Source of the DNA: a virus
Strand: one strand, 5' to 3'
Length of the DNA: 15,376 nucleotides
Virus genome (UHGV): UHGV-0041029
How positions within the stretch are numbered: position 1 is the first letter of the stretch; every line of letters starts with the position of its first letter. Both the position numbers and the translations under genes were made by a program. The notes below the pieces were generated by a model. That model searched no databases, was not told where the DNA came from, and saw nothing but the letters and a program-made list of their open reading frames with translations. Positions 1 to 8,881 of this stretch are shown piece after piece.

Positions 1-49
1 CACATGTAGGTTAGCCTCTTACGTGCCGAAAGGCAAGGAGAAGCAGGCT

Positions 50-205
50 ATGAAGCAGCAAAAGGCGATGTTAATCGCCCTGATCGTCATCTGTTTAACC
101 GTCATAGTGACGGCACTGGTAACGAGGAAAGACCTCTGCGAGGTGCGAATCCGAACCGGCCAGACGGAGGTCGCTGTCTTCACAGCTTACGAACCTGAGG
201 AGTAA
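50..205 (+). CDS. hokD: Hok/Gef-family type I toxin (small membrane-depolarising peptide), HokD/RelF-like
   Basis: 51-aa product MKQQKAMLIALIVICLTVIVTALVTRKDLCEVRIRTGQTEVAVFTAYEPEE has the Hok signature: basic N-terminus, single TM helix, conserved Cys and acidic tail. The ORF track starts at 23 but the Hok-length protein begins at the internal ATG at 50. Assignment is from recollection of the Hok family, not a search. Confidence 0.8.
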   Translation: MKQQKAMLIALIVICLTVIVTALVTRKDLCEVRIRTGQTEVAVFTAYEPEE

Positions 206-274
206 GAGACCCGGCGAGGGAGAAATCCCTCGCCACCTCTGATGTGGCAGGCATCCTCAACGCACCCGCACTTA

Positions 275-300
275 ACCCGCTTCGGCGGGTTTTTGTTTTT
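275..300 (+). terminator. Rho-independent terminator after the hok-like gene
   Basis: Stem acccgc (275-280), loop ttcg, stem gcgggt (285-290), followed by tttttgttttt. A perfect 9-bp hairpin with a GAAA tetraloop (213-234, ggcgaggga-gaaa-tccctcgcc) lies just upstream, resembling hok mRNA 3' fold-back elements. Confidence 0.65.
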
Positions 301-421
301 ATTTTCAACGCGTTTGAAGATCTGGACGGTGCCGGAATAGAATCAAAAATACTTAAGTAGCGCGCAGGGATAAGAGGGATGGTCCCTTAAAGGGGAGAGC
401 TAATTATCCGGAAGGATTCTG

Positions 422-673
422 ATGATGAACATCGAAGAACTGCGTAAAATTTTTTGTGAAGATGGCCTCTATGCTGTGTGCGTTGAAAATGGAAATCTTG
501 TTAGTCATTACCGCATTATGTGTTTGCGAAAGAATGGGGCTGCGTTAATTAATTTTGTGGATGGTCGAGTGACAGACGGATTTATCTTGCGCGAAGGTGA
601 GTTTGTCACTTCATTACAGGCACTGAAAGAGATCGGAATAAAAGCAGGCTTTTCAGCTTTTGCAGAAGAATAA
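422..673 (+). CDS. rem: Small prophage protein of unknown function, Rem-like
   Basis: 83-aa ORF with purine-rich region (ggaagg) upstream of ATGATG. Length and position (downstream of hok, upstream of the DUF968 gene) match my recollection of rem in the Qin prophage. Function unknown. Confidence 0.6.
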   Translation: MMNIEELRKIFCEDGLYAVCVENGNLVSHYRIMCLRKNGAALINFVDGRVTDGFILREGEFVTSLQALKEIGIKAGFSAFAEE

Positions 674-739
674 ACTCATCTACAATCTTGCGCGGGGCTG
701 AACTCCCGCTGAGTAACACCGTGCCACCGGAGAAAACCG

Positions 740-1018
740 ATGGCACGCAACGTAAAATATTACAATTCTGATAATTCGCCCGTTCTTGCCTGCACGCACG
801 AGCGGTATTCTCACGCATTCAAGTCTGAATGGTTCCAGCACCCTCCATGCACTGAAGAGCAGGCTGAATGGATAATTCAGTGTTACCGCAGGCGCGGATA
901 CGAGGTTAAGAAAGCTCTTAGTCTCGACTACCGTCACTGGATAATCTCAGTCAGATTGCCTTACTCCGAACGCCCACCGCGTCCGTCCCGTACATTCCAG
1001 CAACGCATCTGGAGGTAA
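740..1018 (+). CDS. Hypothetical protein (92 aa), translationally coupled to the downstream DUF968 gene
   Basis: GGAG at 727-730 sits 9 nt before the ATG at 740. The stop at 1016-1018 is one base before the GTG start of the next gene, and a GGAGG inside its 3' end serves that gene as RBS. No family recognised. Confidence 0.4.
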   Translation: MARNVKYYNSDNSPVLACTHERYSHAFKSEWFQHPPCTEEQAEWIIQCYRRRGYEVKKALSLDYRHWIISVRLPYSERPPRPSRTFQQRIWR

Positions 1019-1019
1019 C

Positions 1020-2069
1020 GTGCGGGTATTACTTCGACCTGTTCTGGTACCGGAACTCGGGCTGGTGGTCGTTAAGCCGGGCCGTGAATCCATGCCGGTA
1101 TTCCACAATACCCGGGTACTGGTGGAGCCGGAACCGAAAAGCATGCGTAATCTGCCGTCCGGGGTCGTTCCTGCCGTTCGCCAGCCGCTGGTGGAAGACA
1201 AAACATTGCTGCCGTTTTTCAGTAACGCACGGGTAATTCGTGCTGCTGGTGGTGCTGGTGCATTGTCTGACTGGCTGTTGCGCCATATTAAATCCTGCCA
1301 GTGGCCACACGGCGATTATCATCACAGCGAAACCGTTATTCACCGTTATGGTACCGGCGCAATGGTGTTGTGCTGGCACTGCGACAACCAGCTGCGTGAC
1401 CAGACATCCGAATCACTCGAGCAACTTGCTCATCAAAACCTGTCAGCATGGATGATTGACGTCATCGGTCACGCAATAAGCGGTACGCAGGAGCGTGAAT
1501 TATCTCTGGCTGAATTATCCTGGTGGGCGGTCCGCAATCAGGTGGCGGACGCGCTACCGGAAGCGGTATTACGTCGCTCGCTGGGATTACCAGCGGAAAA
1601 AAACTGCTCGGTGTACCGCGAAAGCGACATCGTACCGGGAGAGCAGACCGCCACCAGCATATTGAAACAGCGCACAAAAAATCTTGCACCGTTGCCTCAC
1701 GCCCACCAGCAACAAAACCCATCACAGGAAAAGACGGTGGTAAGCATCACCGTTGATCCAGAGTCTCCGGAATCTTTCATGAAGCTGCCTAAACGTCACC
1801 GTTGGGTTAAGGAGAAATACACACGCTGGGTTAAGACACAGCCGTGTGCTTGCTGCGGTATGCCAGCCGACGATCCGCATCATCTGATTGGTCACGGGCA
1901 GGGCGGAATGGGAACCAAAGCACATGATCTCTTTGTGTTGCCTTTGTGCAGAAAGCATCACGACGAGTTGCATACGGATACCGTGGCATTTGAAGAGAAG
2001 TATGGCTCCCAACTGGAGCTGATTTTTCGATTTATCGATCGCGCGCTGGCAATTGGTGTGCTGGCCTAA
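1020..2069 (+). CDS. ydfU: DUF968-family prophage protein with C-terminal HNH-like Cys/His motif, YdfU-like
   Basis: 349-aa ORF with GTG start. C-terminus carries CACCG...[10 protein letters not shown]...[17 protein letters not shown], a CxxC plus His-rich pattern typical of HNH/DUF968 proteins. Length matches Qin ydfU as recalled. Confidence 0.75.
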   Translation: MRVLLRPVLVPELGLVVVKPGRESMPVFHNTRVLVEPEPKSMRNLPSGVVPAVRQPLVEDKTLLPFFSNARVIRAAGGAGALSDWLLRHIKSCQWPHGDYHHSETVIHRYGTGAMVLCWHCDNQLRDQTSESLEQLAHQNLSAWMIDVIGHAISGTQERELSLAELSWWAVRNQVADALPEAVLRRSLGLPAEKNCSVYRESDIVPGEQTATSILKQRTKNLAPLPHAHQQQNPSQEKTVVSITVDPESPESFMKLPKRHRWVKEKYTRWVKTQPCACCGMPADDPHHLIGHGQGGMGTKAHDLFVLPLCRKHHDELHTDTVAFEEKYGSQLELIFRFIDRALAIGVLA

Positions 2070-2086
2070 TTTTGTGGAGTAAGTTG

Positions 2087-2464
2087 ATGCGTGATATTCA
2101 GATGGTTCTTGAGCGTTGGGGGGCATGGGCGGCTAATAATCATGAAGATGTGACCTGGTCGTCCATTGCCGCCGGTTTTAAGGGATTAATTCCTTCAAAA
2201 GTAAGATCTCGTCCGCAATGCTGTGACGATGACGCGATGATCATTTGTGAATGTATGGCTCGCCTGAAAAAAAACAACAGCGATTTACATGATTTATTGG
2301 TGGACTATTATGTCGGCGGCATGACTTTTATGGCGCTTGCACGTAAGCATGGGCGATCTGATTGTTGGGTTGGCAGGATGCTCCAGAAAGCTGAGGGCGT
2401 AGTGGAGGGCATGCTGATGGTGTTGGATCTCCGATTGGAGATGGATGCTGATTGTTCGAAATAA
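2087..2464 (+). CDS. Putative late-gene antitermination protein Q-like (short Phage_antitermQ-type)
   Basis: 125 aa from the ATG at 2087, with GGAG 7 nt upstream; the track ORF starts at TTG 2072. Position directly downstream of DUF968 and upstream of a terminator and the lysis genes is the canonical Q slot. Cys cluster ([12 protein letters not shown]) and a helix-turn-helix-like C-terminus. Family assignment is by recollection only. Confidence 0.55.
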   Translation: MRDIQMVLERWGAWAANNHEDVTWSSIAAGFKGLIPSKVRSRPQCCDDDAMIICECMARLKKNNSDLHDLLVDYYVGGMTFMALARKHGRSDCWVGRMLQKAEGVVEGMLMVLDLRLEMDADCSK

Positions 2465-2562
2465 TTAAAGGAAAAGTTGCTGTCTGATTTTCATTAGTCT
2501 AACATTTTAAATGTTGGAATCGCAACGTAGTTATTATCATATAACAGCTTGTTTCCTGATTT

Positions 2563-2593
2563 AGCCAGCCTCCCCAAAGGCTGGTTTTTTTCT
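2563..2593 (+). terminator. Rho-independent terminator downstream of the Q-like gene (candidate tR'-like)
   Basis: Stem ccagcc (2565-2570), loop tccccaaa, stem ggctgg (2579-2584), then a run of 8 T. Lies between the convergent Q-like and lipocalin genes. The - strand reading lacks a U tract, so it acts mainly on + strand transcripts. Confidence 0.65.
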
Positions 2594-2619
2594 AATAAGT
2601 ATCATTTCGGGTGGGGATT

Positions 2620-3144
2620 TTATTGTTTAACCCATAATAGTTCATTGACATTGAATCCCAACTTTTGAGCGGTACGCACATAGTCTGCTTTTACATTATC
2701 TGGAATAGTTTGGGTCCTTGCCAGAATCCATAGGTATTCTCTGTTCGGACCACTGATAAGAGCATACTTATACTCATCATCCAGCTTGATTACATTATAA
2801 CCACCATAGAAGGGGCCAAAAAACGAAACTTTCAACGCTGCAGTTTTAGTATCTCCAGTAAAGTATGCTTTACCTTCGCTCTCGCTCCATTTGTTTTTCG
2901 TTGGATCGTATCCACGGTTAAGTACGCGAATCCCTCCGTCGTTCCGTTTTTCATAAGTAGCGCTGATCTGTTCCAGACCACGTTCGAACCAGTTCTCGAG
3001 GCGAGCTATTTCATACCATTTTCCGAGGTAGCGGTTGGCGTCAAAATTTGTAATCGGCTGCACACCTTTAGGTGGTGTCGGGGCCTTACATGCTATAAGA
3101 GTGAAAGAGAGTGCAATGCCAGTCAACACAGGCCATAACTTCAT
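2620..3144 (-). CDS. blc: Bacterial lipocalin Blc-like outer-membrane lipoprotein
   Basis: 174 aa. N-terminal signal with lipobox (FTLIAC-K). Lipocalin motifs shared with E. coli Blc: NFDANRYLGKWYEIAR, GKAYFTG, AALKVSFFGPFYGGYNVI, YLWILART. AGGA lies 8 nt upstream of the ATG on the - strand. Confidence 0.8.
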   Translation of the reverse strand: MKLWPVLTGIALSFTLIACKAPTPPKGVQPITNFDANRYLGKWYEIARLENWFERGLEQISATYEKRNDGGIRVLNRGYDPTKNKWSESEGKAYFTGDTKTAALKVSFFGPFYGGYNVIKLDDEYKYALISGPNREYLWILARTQTIPDNVKADYVRTAQKLGFNVNELLWVKQ

Positions 3145-3336
3145 AATAAATCCTGTACTTTTGATAGTTGAGAGTAAGTATGAAAGATAGATGAGTACGA
3201 CCGATCACTTAAAGAACTTTCCTACTATATTAGGAATAGTCAATAACAGAAAAATTGTCAGTGATGAAGCCAGAAAGGCAATTTAGTCCGTGCACTACAA
3301 AGTTTATGTGTTAATGAATTAGTCAAGGGGGAGGAA

Positions 3337-4296
3337 ATGATAAAAAAACCTGTGATTGGGATCAGCGGTTGTTTGGGCGGTTCTGCTGTTCGTTTTGATG
3401 GTGGTCACAAAAGAGATGACTTTTTAATGGACAAATTAGTGGAATGGGTAACATTCAGACCAGTATGTCCGGAAATGGCTATAGGGCTGCCAGTTCCGCG
3501 TCCTGCTCTACGACTTGTGCGCTCGAAGCAAGGAAATATACGGATGTGTTTCAGCCACGACCAGAATGAGGATGTGACAGAGAGAATGACAGAGTTTAGT
3601 CGTTCTTATATGGACAAATTAAAGGATGTATCGGGGTTTGTGGTTTGTGCTAAATCTCCCAGCTGTGGCATGGAGCGCGTGCGTGTCTATGATGAAAATG
3701 GTAATCGAGGTCGTAAAGATGGAGTGGGACTATTTACGAGCACTTTGATGGAAAAGTTTTCCTGGCTACCGGTTGAAGAGGATGGGCGATTACATGATCC
3801 AGTGCTTCGTGAGAATTTTATTGAAAGAGTTTTTGCTTTGCATGAGCTCAATCACCTTTACAAGGAGAAATTATCAAGAAGAGAGTTATTAGCTTTTCAT
3901 AGTCGTTATAAGCTTCAGTTGTTGGCGCATAGCCAGGCAGGCTATAAAGATATGGGACCATTTGTGGCTGCAATACACGAGTGGGCGGACCTTGAATCAT
4001 ACTTTGAGGTGTATCGTGATAATCTGATGGCGATTCTCAAAAAACCAGCATCACGTAAAAATCACACGAATGTGCTGATGCATATACAGGGGTATTTTAG
4101 TAATTACTTAAGTACACGCCAGCGTAAAGAGTTGAGCGAGGTTATACTTAACTATCGCTTTGGCACATTGCCTCTTCTTGCGCCGTTGACTCTGCTGAAG
4201 CATTATCTGGGTGAGTATCCTAATGATTACTTGCTTACACAGAATTACTTCGATCCCTATCCGGAAGAACTGGCTCTAAGACTGATGGTGAATTAA
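3337..4296 (+). CDS. DUF523 (TudS-like thio-nucleobase desulfidase domain) fused to DUF1722 (YbgA-like); RudS-like putative tRNA 4-thiouridine desulfidase
   Basis: 319 aa, strong RBS gggggagg before the ATG. N-terminal half has Cys in the pattern expected for the TudS [4Fe-4S] ligands (GISGC at 12, PVCPE at 44, VVCAKSPSCG at 104/110). C-terminal half resembles YbgA/DUF1722. Domain calls are by recollection. Confidence 0.65.
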   Translation: MIKKPVIGISGCLGGSAVRFDGGHKRDDFLMDKLVEWVTFRPVCPEMAIGLPVPRPALRLVRSKQGNIRMCFSHDQNEDVTERMTEFSRSYMDKLKDVSGFVVCAKSPSCGMERVRVYDENGNRGRKDGVGLFTSTLMEKFSWLPVEEDGRLHDPVLRENFIERVFALHELNHLYKEKLSRRELLAFHSRYKLQLLAHSQAGYKDMGPFVAAIHEWADLESYFEVYRDNLMAILKKPASRKNHTNVLMHIQGYFSNYLSTRQRKELSEVILNYRFGTLPLLAPLTLLKHYLGEYPNDYLLTQNYFDPYPEELALRLMVN

Positions 4297-4702
4297 CTGT
4301 ATGCGATATCATCTGAAAGTGATGAGTTCCTGTATGCAGGATATTTACAATCGTAAAAACTACGCTATGATGCTCATAGTATCAGTTTTTATAAAAATCC
4401 TGTTCACGCTAAAGAAAACATTGAGATGCAATTTAATGTTGGTAAACATACCAGCCCCAAACGATTTTATTCAATCTGTTTTTATATGAAGATATTTCAA
4501 GTGAATATTAAGAGCATATAATATTATTATTGCACGCAGCTATTATAATATAACAGATTAGTTTAATGATTTGTTTTTTGTGAGTTAAACACATGGTTTT
4601 ATAGTTGTGATGCAATGAGATTTTCCTTATTGTTGAACTGGCGAATATTGATTTTCCACCTATACTTACCTGGTGTAACCCCAATGATATCAGGTGGATA
4701 AT

Positions 4703-5416
4703 ATGCCATACATATGTTCTATCATTTTGGTGTTGAACTCGTTTGGTGTCCGAATTGGTAAAGAAGATATTTTGTTTAAAAAAGGAAATGCTGTCCTCAT
4801 TGAATACAATTTAAAAGATCTTTTTTCGTCAAATACAGATCATCTAATGATCGTAGATGTTGAGGAGAAAACAGTTAATGATTTCTTTAAAAACTACACA
4901 CTCTCACCTTTTTCTGTAAGAAGGTTTTATCCGTCATACTTGATAGTAGAATGTGAAGATTTTTCATTGTTAAAGAACTTGGTTGCATGCTTGAATTGTG
5001 ATAGCAAAACCGTGGATGTAGTTAGAAATCAAATATCACTTGCATGTCTTGCTGTCTTATCTTCAGAGAAAATAGTGCAAAGTTTTTTGTTCGGAAGTCT
5101 TAATAGCTTAGGTTGTAAAGTTAAGGCTATTATTCACTCGGATATCTCAGCGTCATGGAGACTTTGTGATATATCTTCAAGATTATATATGAGCGAGAGT
5201 TTGTTAAAAAGAAAATTAAAAGACGAAGGATTATCGTTTAGTAAATTAATTCTTGAAGAACGAATGATGATGGCGCAAAGATTATTGATCTACAGTAACC
5301 ATACTGTCGGCAAGGTGGCGGGAATATGCGGGTATGACAATGCATCATATTTTGTAAGTGTTTTTAGAGGATATTTTGGTGTGCCTCCGCACCAATATTT
5401 ATCAAGATTTTCTTAG
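4703..5416 (+). CDS. AraC/XylS-family transcriptional regulator, GadX/AppY/YdeO-like
   Basis: C-terminal double-HTH AraC signature (WRLCDISSRLYMSESLLKRKLKDEGLSFSKLI ... GYDNASYFVSVFRGYFGVPPHQY). Gene and upstream 400 bp are visibly AT-rich. Start is probably the ATG at 4703 (aggtgg upstream); the track ORF starts at GTG 4694. Confidence 0.8.
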   Translation: MPYICSIILVLNSFGVRIGKEDILFKKGNAVLIEYNLKDLFSSNTDHLMIVDVEEKTVNDFFKNYTLSPFSVRRFYPSYLIVECEDFSLLKNLVACLNCDSKTVDVVRNQISLACLAVLSSEKIVQSFLFGSLNSLGCKVKAIIHSDISASWRLCDISSRLYMSESLLKRKLKDEGLSFSKLILEERMMMAQRLLIYSNHTVGKVAGICGYDNASYFVSVFRGYFGVPPHQYLSRFS

Positions 5417-5482
5417 AAGATATGATGTGATGGCATTTTATAAAGTTATTTTTTGAAGTGTAAGATTATACGATATTTTTAG

Positions 5483-5516
5483 CTACGCCAGAATAATTGC
5501 TGGCGTTTTTCTTTTT
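5483..5516 (+). terminator. Rho-independent terminator after the AraC-family gene
   Basis: Stem acgccag (5485-5491), loop aataattg, stem ctggcgt (5500-5506), followed by tttttcttttt. Confidence 0.6.
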
Positions 5517-5606
5517 GAATAGATGTTCGGGCCTTACGCTAATGTAACTTCTTTCCTTCTTCGAACCAAACCGTGTACACCATCCGTTATCTGCGGAGGT
5601 GAGGCT

Positions 5607-5822
5607 ATGAAATCCATGGATAAGTTAACAACGGGCATCGCCTACAGCACCTCTGCAGGCAGTGCTGGCTACTGGTTTTTACAGTTGCTCGATAAAGTCA
5701 CGCCCTCACAGTGGGCGGCAATAGGTGTATTGGGTAGTCTGGTATTTGGCATGCTGACGTATCTGACAAATCTTTATTTCAAGATTAAAGAAGACAGGCG
5801 TAAGGCTGCGAGAGGAGAGTAA
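5607..5822 (+). CDS. essQ: Class II holin / pinholin (phage 21 S21-like) with dual-start motif
   Basis: 71 aa beginning MKSMDK (Met1 and Met4, the S21 antiholin/holin dual start), with ggaggtgagg RBS. Two TM segments and a basic C-terminus ([13 protein letters not shown]). The track ORF at 5523 is an in-frame N-terminal extension without RBS support. Confidence 0.85.
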   Translation: MKSMDKLTTGIAYSTSAGSAGYWFLQLLDKVTPSQWAAIGVLGSLVFGMLTYLTNLYFKIKEDRRKAARGE

Positions 5823-5826
5823 TCCA

Positions 5827-6134
5827 ATGACTCAAGACTATGAACTGGTTGTGAAAGGAGTCCGTAATTTTGAGAATAAAGTTACGGTAACTGTAGCCTT
5901 ACAGGACAAAGAACGCTTTGACGGTGAAATTTTTGGCCTGGATGTCGCCATGGACCGTGTTGAAGGAGCTGCGCTGGAGTTTTATGAGGCAGCAGCCAGA
6001 ATGAGCGTCCGGCAAGTCTTCCTGGAAGTAGCAGAAAAATTGTCAGAAAAAGTTGAGTCTTATCTGCAGCATCAGTACTCCTTTAAGATTGAAAATCCTG
6101 CCAATAAGCACGAGCGTCCTCATCATAAATATCT

Positions 6135-6138
<4 letters not shown>
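5827..6138 (+). CDS. ydfR: Lysis-cassette protein of unknown function, YdfR-like
   Basis: 103 aa, RBS gagaggag. Wedged between holin and endolysin, with its stop overlapping the endolysin start (ATGA). Length and position match ydfR of Qin as recalled. Confidence 0.7.
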
Positions 6139-7162
<1,024 letters not shown>

Positions 7163-7407
7163 ATTAATATTAAATCGGATTATTTTTAGCGCTGAATGTG
7201 AAATTTAAATAAAAAGGACTCTTCCATGAGTCAAAATCCTTGAAATCTTAAGGGTAAGATAAAAGGTCATTAGACAGAATGACACGTTTTATTAATAAAT
7301 AAAGCTATTGTTTCATTCGTGTGTTTTTCTTTACAAAAGTAATCCTTGCTATGGTTGGTTAATCATGCGTTAATGGTGTTCTGGTTTGTTACAAAATTAT
7401 CTGAAGC

Positions 7408-7430
7408 AGTCATTGTTATAATTTTATTAT
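7408..7430 (+). promoter_or_regulatory. Candidate extended -10 promoter (TGnTATAAT) for the cold-shock gene with long 5' UTR
   Basis: tgttataat at 7414-7422 inside an AT-rich leader about 100 nt before the cspI-like start. CspA-family genes typically have long structured 5' UTRs. No convincing -35 seen. Confidence 0.3.
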
Positions 7431-7522
7431 TTGTACCTCTTGAGATTTCCTTGTTGGTTTTTCTCTCTGATATTTTTTTTCGGACCATTCTGCCCAAGGG
7501 CTAACTTCTTCAAAAGGTAATA

Positions 7523-7738
7523 ATGATGTCTAACAAAATGACTGGTTTAGTGAAATGGTTTAACCCTGAAAAAGGTTTTGGTTTCATCACGCCGAAAGAT
7601 GGTAGCAAAGATGTGTTTGTGCATTTCTCAGCTATTCAGAGCAACGATTTCAAAACGTTAACTGAGAATCAGGAAGTCGAATTTGGTATTGAGAACGGAC
7701 CTAAAGGCCCTGCAGCTGTTCATGTAGTGGCACTTTGA
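7523..7738 (+). CDS. cspI: CspA-family cold-shock protein
   Basis: [23 protein letters not shown]...VFVHFSAIQ carries the RNP1/RNP2 cold-shock domain motifs. ATGATG start, so the true start may be 7526 giving 70 aa. Symbol given from Qin-like context (followed by ynfN-like and gnsB-like genes); paralogue identity is not certain. Confidence 0.85.
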   Translation: MMSNKMTGLVKWFNPEKGFGFITPKDGSKDVFVHFSAIQSNDFKTLTENQEVEFGIENGPKGPAAVHVVAL

Positions 7739-7942
7739 GGTAGAAAATATTACAAACCATATTCACTTTAGATGCCCGTGTTGCCATGGTTCTCAGTATA
7801 GAACATCATCTTTTGATGTTTCTGACAGAAATCCTTTCGGGGCAAAATGTATCTTTTGTAAATCAATGATGATTACATTTGATAATATTTCACAATACTT
7901 AAATGTTAGCCATCTGTCGTTAGATTTAAGAAAGTGAAAATG

Positions 7943-7966
7943 AAGGCTCCTTCGGGAGCTTTTTTG
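7943..7966 (+). terminator. Rho-independent terminator
   Basis: Stem ggctcc (7945-7950), loop ttcg, stem ggagct (7955-7960), followed by tttttt. Confidence 0.55.
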
Positions 7967-8084
7967 CTTAGTGTCTAGTCGATGGATACTCACATATTAC
8001 GGTAACATTATGAAAAAAATAATAGTTTTTTTTAACTCTGAACCAGCAATGGTAGTGCCAGTGATGACCGGAGTTAACACCATC

Positions 8085-8240
8085 ATGCGTGAATATCCAA
8101 ATGGCGAAACAACACACCTCACTGTAATGGCTGCAGGGTTTCCATCTCTGACCGGAGATCATAAAGTCATTTATGTAGCAGCGGATCGACATGTAACTTC
8201 AGAAGAAATTCTGGAAGCAGCAATGAGACTCTTGAATTGA
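8085..8240 (+). CDS. ynfN: Small prophage protein, YnfN-like
   Basis: 51-aa product from the ATG at 8085, with GGAG 10 nt upstream. Sits between the cspI-like and gnsB-like genes as in Qin. The same frame is open back to 7971, so a longer product cannot be excluded. Confidence 0.45.
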   Translation: MREYPNGETTHLTVMAAGFPSLTGDHKVIYVAADRHVTSEEILEAAMRLLN

Positions 8241-8412
8241 TTTGATTCTAATGCATTGATAATAAATGATAATCATCTTTATCTGTTTGTGTGAAATTTA
8301 GACCGTCGTATGTTGATTATTGCGATGTTTCATCTTATCTTTTATACGTTTGCTCCATATAATTGACACTACTGTGTACCAGGACAGTCATAACAGACTA
8401 AAAGAGGAAATG

Positions 8413-8586
8413 ATGAACATTGAAGAGTTAAAAACAAAAACAGAAGCAGATATTTCTGAATATATAACAAAAAAAATCATTGAGCTTAAGAAAAAGACCG
8501 GGAAAGAAGTTACCAGTATCCAGTTTACTGCACGGGAAAAAATGACTGGTCTTGAAAGCTATGATATCAAGATTGATTTAATCTAG
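8413..8586 (+). CDS. gnsB: GnsA/GnsB-family small protein
   Basis: 57-aa product MNIEELKTKTEADISEYITKKIIELKKKTGKEVTSIQFTAREKMTGLESYDIKIDLI matches the GnsA/GnsB family. aagagg RBS 5 nt before the ATG at 8413; the track ORF from 8320 is an unsupported extension. Confidence 0.8.
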   Translation: MNIEELKTKTEADISEYITKKIIELKKKTGKEVTSIQFTAREKMTGLESYDIKIDLI

Positions 8587-8650
8587 CATGTTTATAGTAT
8601 TAGCATCAATTTCTCATCAGATGCTATTCAACAATACAAATTACCCATAA

Positions 8651-8676
8651 ACCTCGTTTTTACGGGGTTTTGTTAT
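8651..8676 (+). terminator. Rho-independent terminator after the gnsB-like gene
   Basis: cctcgt-tttt-acgggg hairpin (one G-U pair) followed by ttttgtt. Confidence 0.45.
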
Positions 8677-8881
8677 ATTTAAACATTACCGAATAGATAT
8701 AAATCTCGATTGTCGATGGTATTGGTTGTGTGACAATACCTAGTCTTTCCGGTATGCCTGAAGAGAATACAAACGACAGATTATGTAAGGGAAACGCGCT
8801 GAAACTTTCACTCTTTCATGCTGAGTGATTTGACGTTATATTTTTAGCCGCAAGTGAAGAGCAAACGAATGGAGCGACAAA

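Noticed and set aside
23-49. N-terminal extension of the hok ORF (MPKGKEKQA) in the six-frame track
   Set aside because: Hok-family toxins are about 50 aa and the internal ATG at 50 gives exactly that. The extension is kept only as a possible mok-like leader, not as part of the toxin.
606-2126. Minus-strand ORFs 606..818, 680..937, 947..1201, 1029..1379, 1462..1725, 1722..2126 and + strand alternative-frame ORFs 1240..1455, 1523..1756
   Set aside because: All overlap the well-supported rem/DUF968 coding frames, lack RBS support, and have low-complexity or Arg/Pro-rich compositions typical of shadow ORFs in GC-rich coding DNA.
4301-4489. 62-aa ORF in the AT-rich spacer upstream of the AraC gene
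   Set aside because: Lies in a strongly AT-rich, probably regulatory region, with no RBS and no recognisable family. More likely promoter/H-NS-bound DNA than a gene.
5523-5606. Longer holin ORF starting at 5523
   Set aside because: The extension has no RBS and would destroy the conserved MKSMDK dual-start N-terminus. The GGAGG-preceded ATG at 5607 is the credible start.
7793-8192. Minus-strand ORFs 7793..7993 and 7968..8192
   Set aside because: They overlap a + strand terminator and the ynfN-like gene, are AT-rich with no RBS, and conflict with the consistent + strand organisation.
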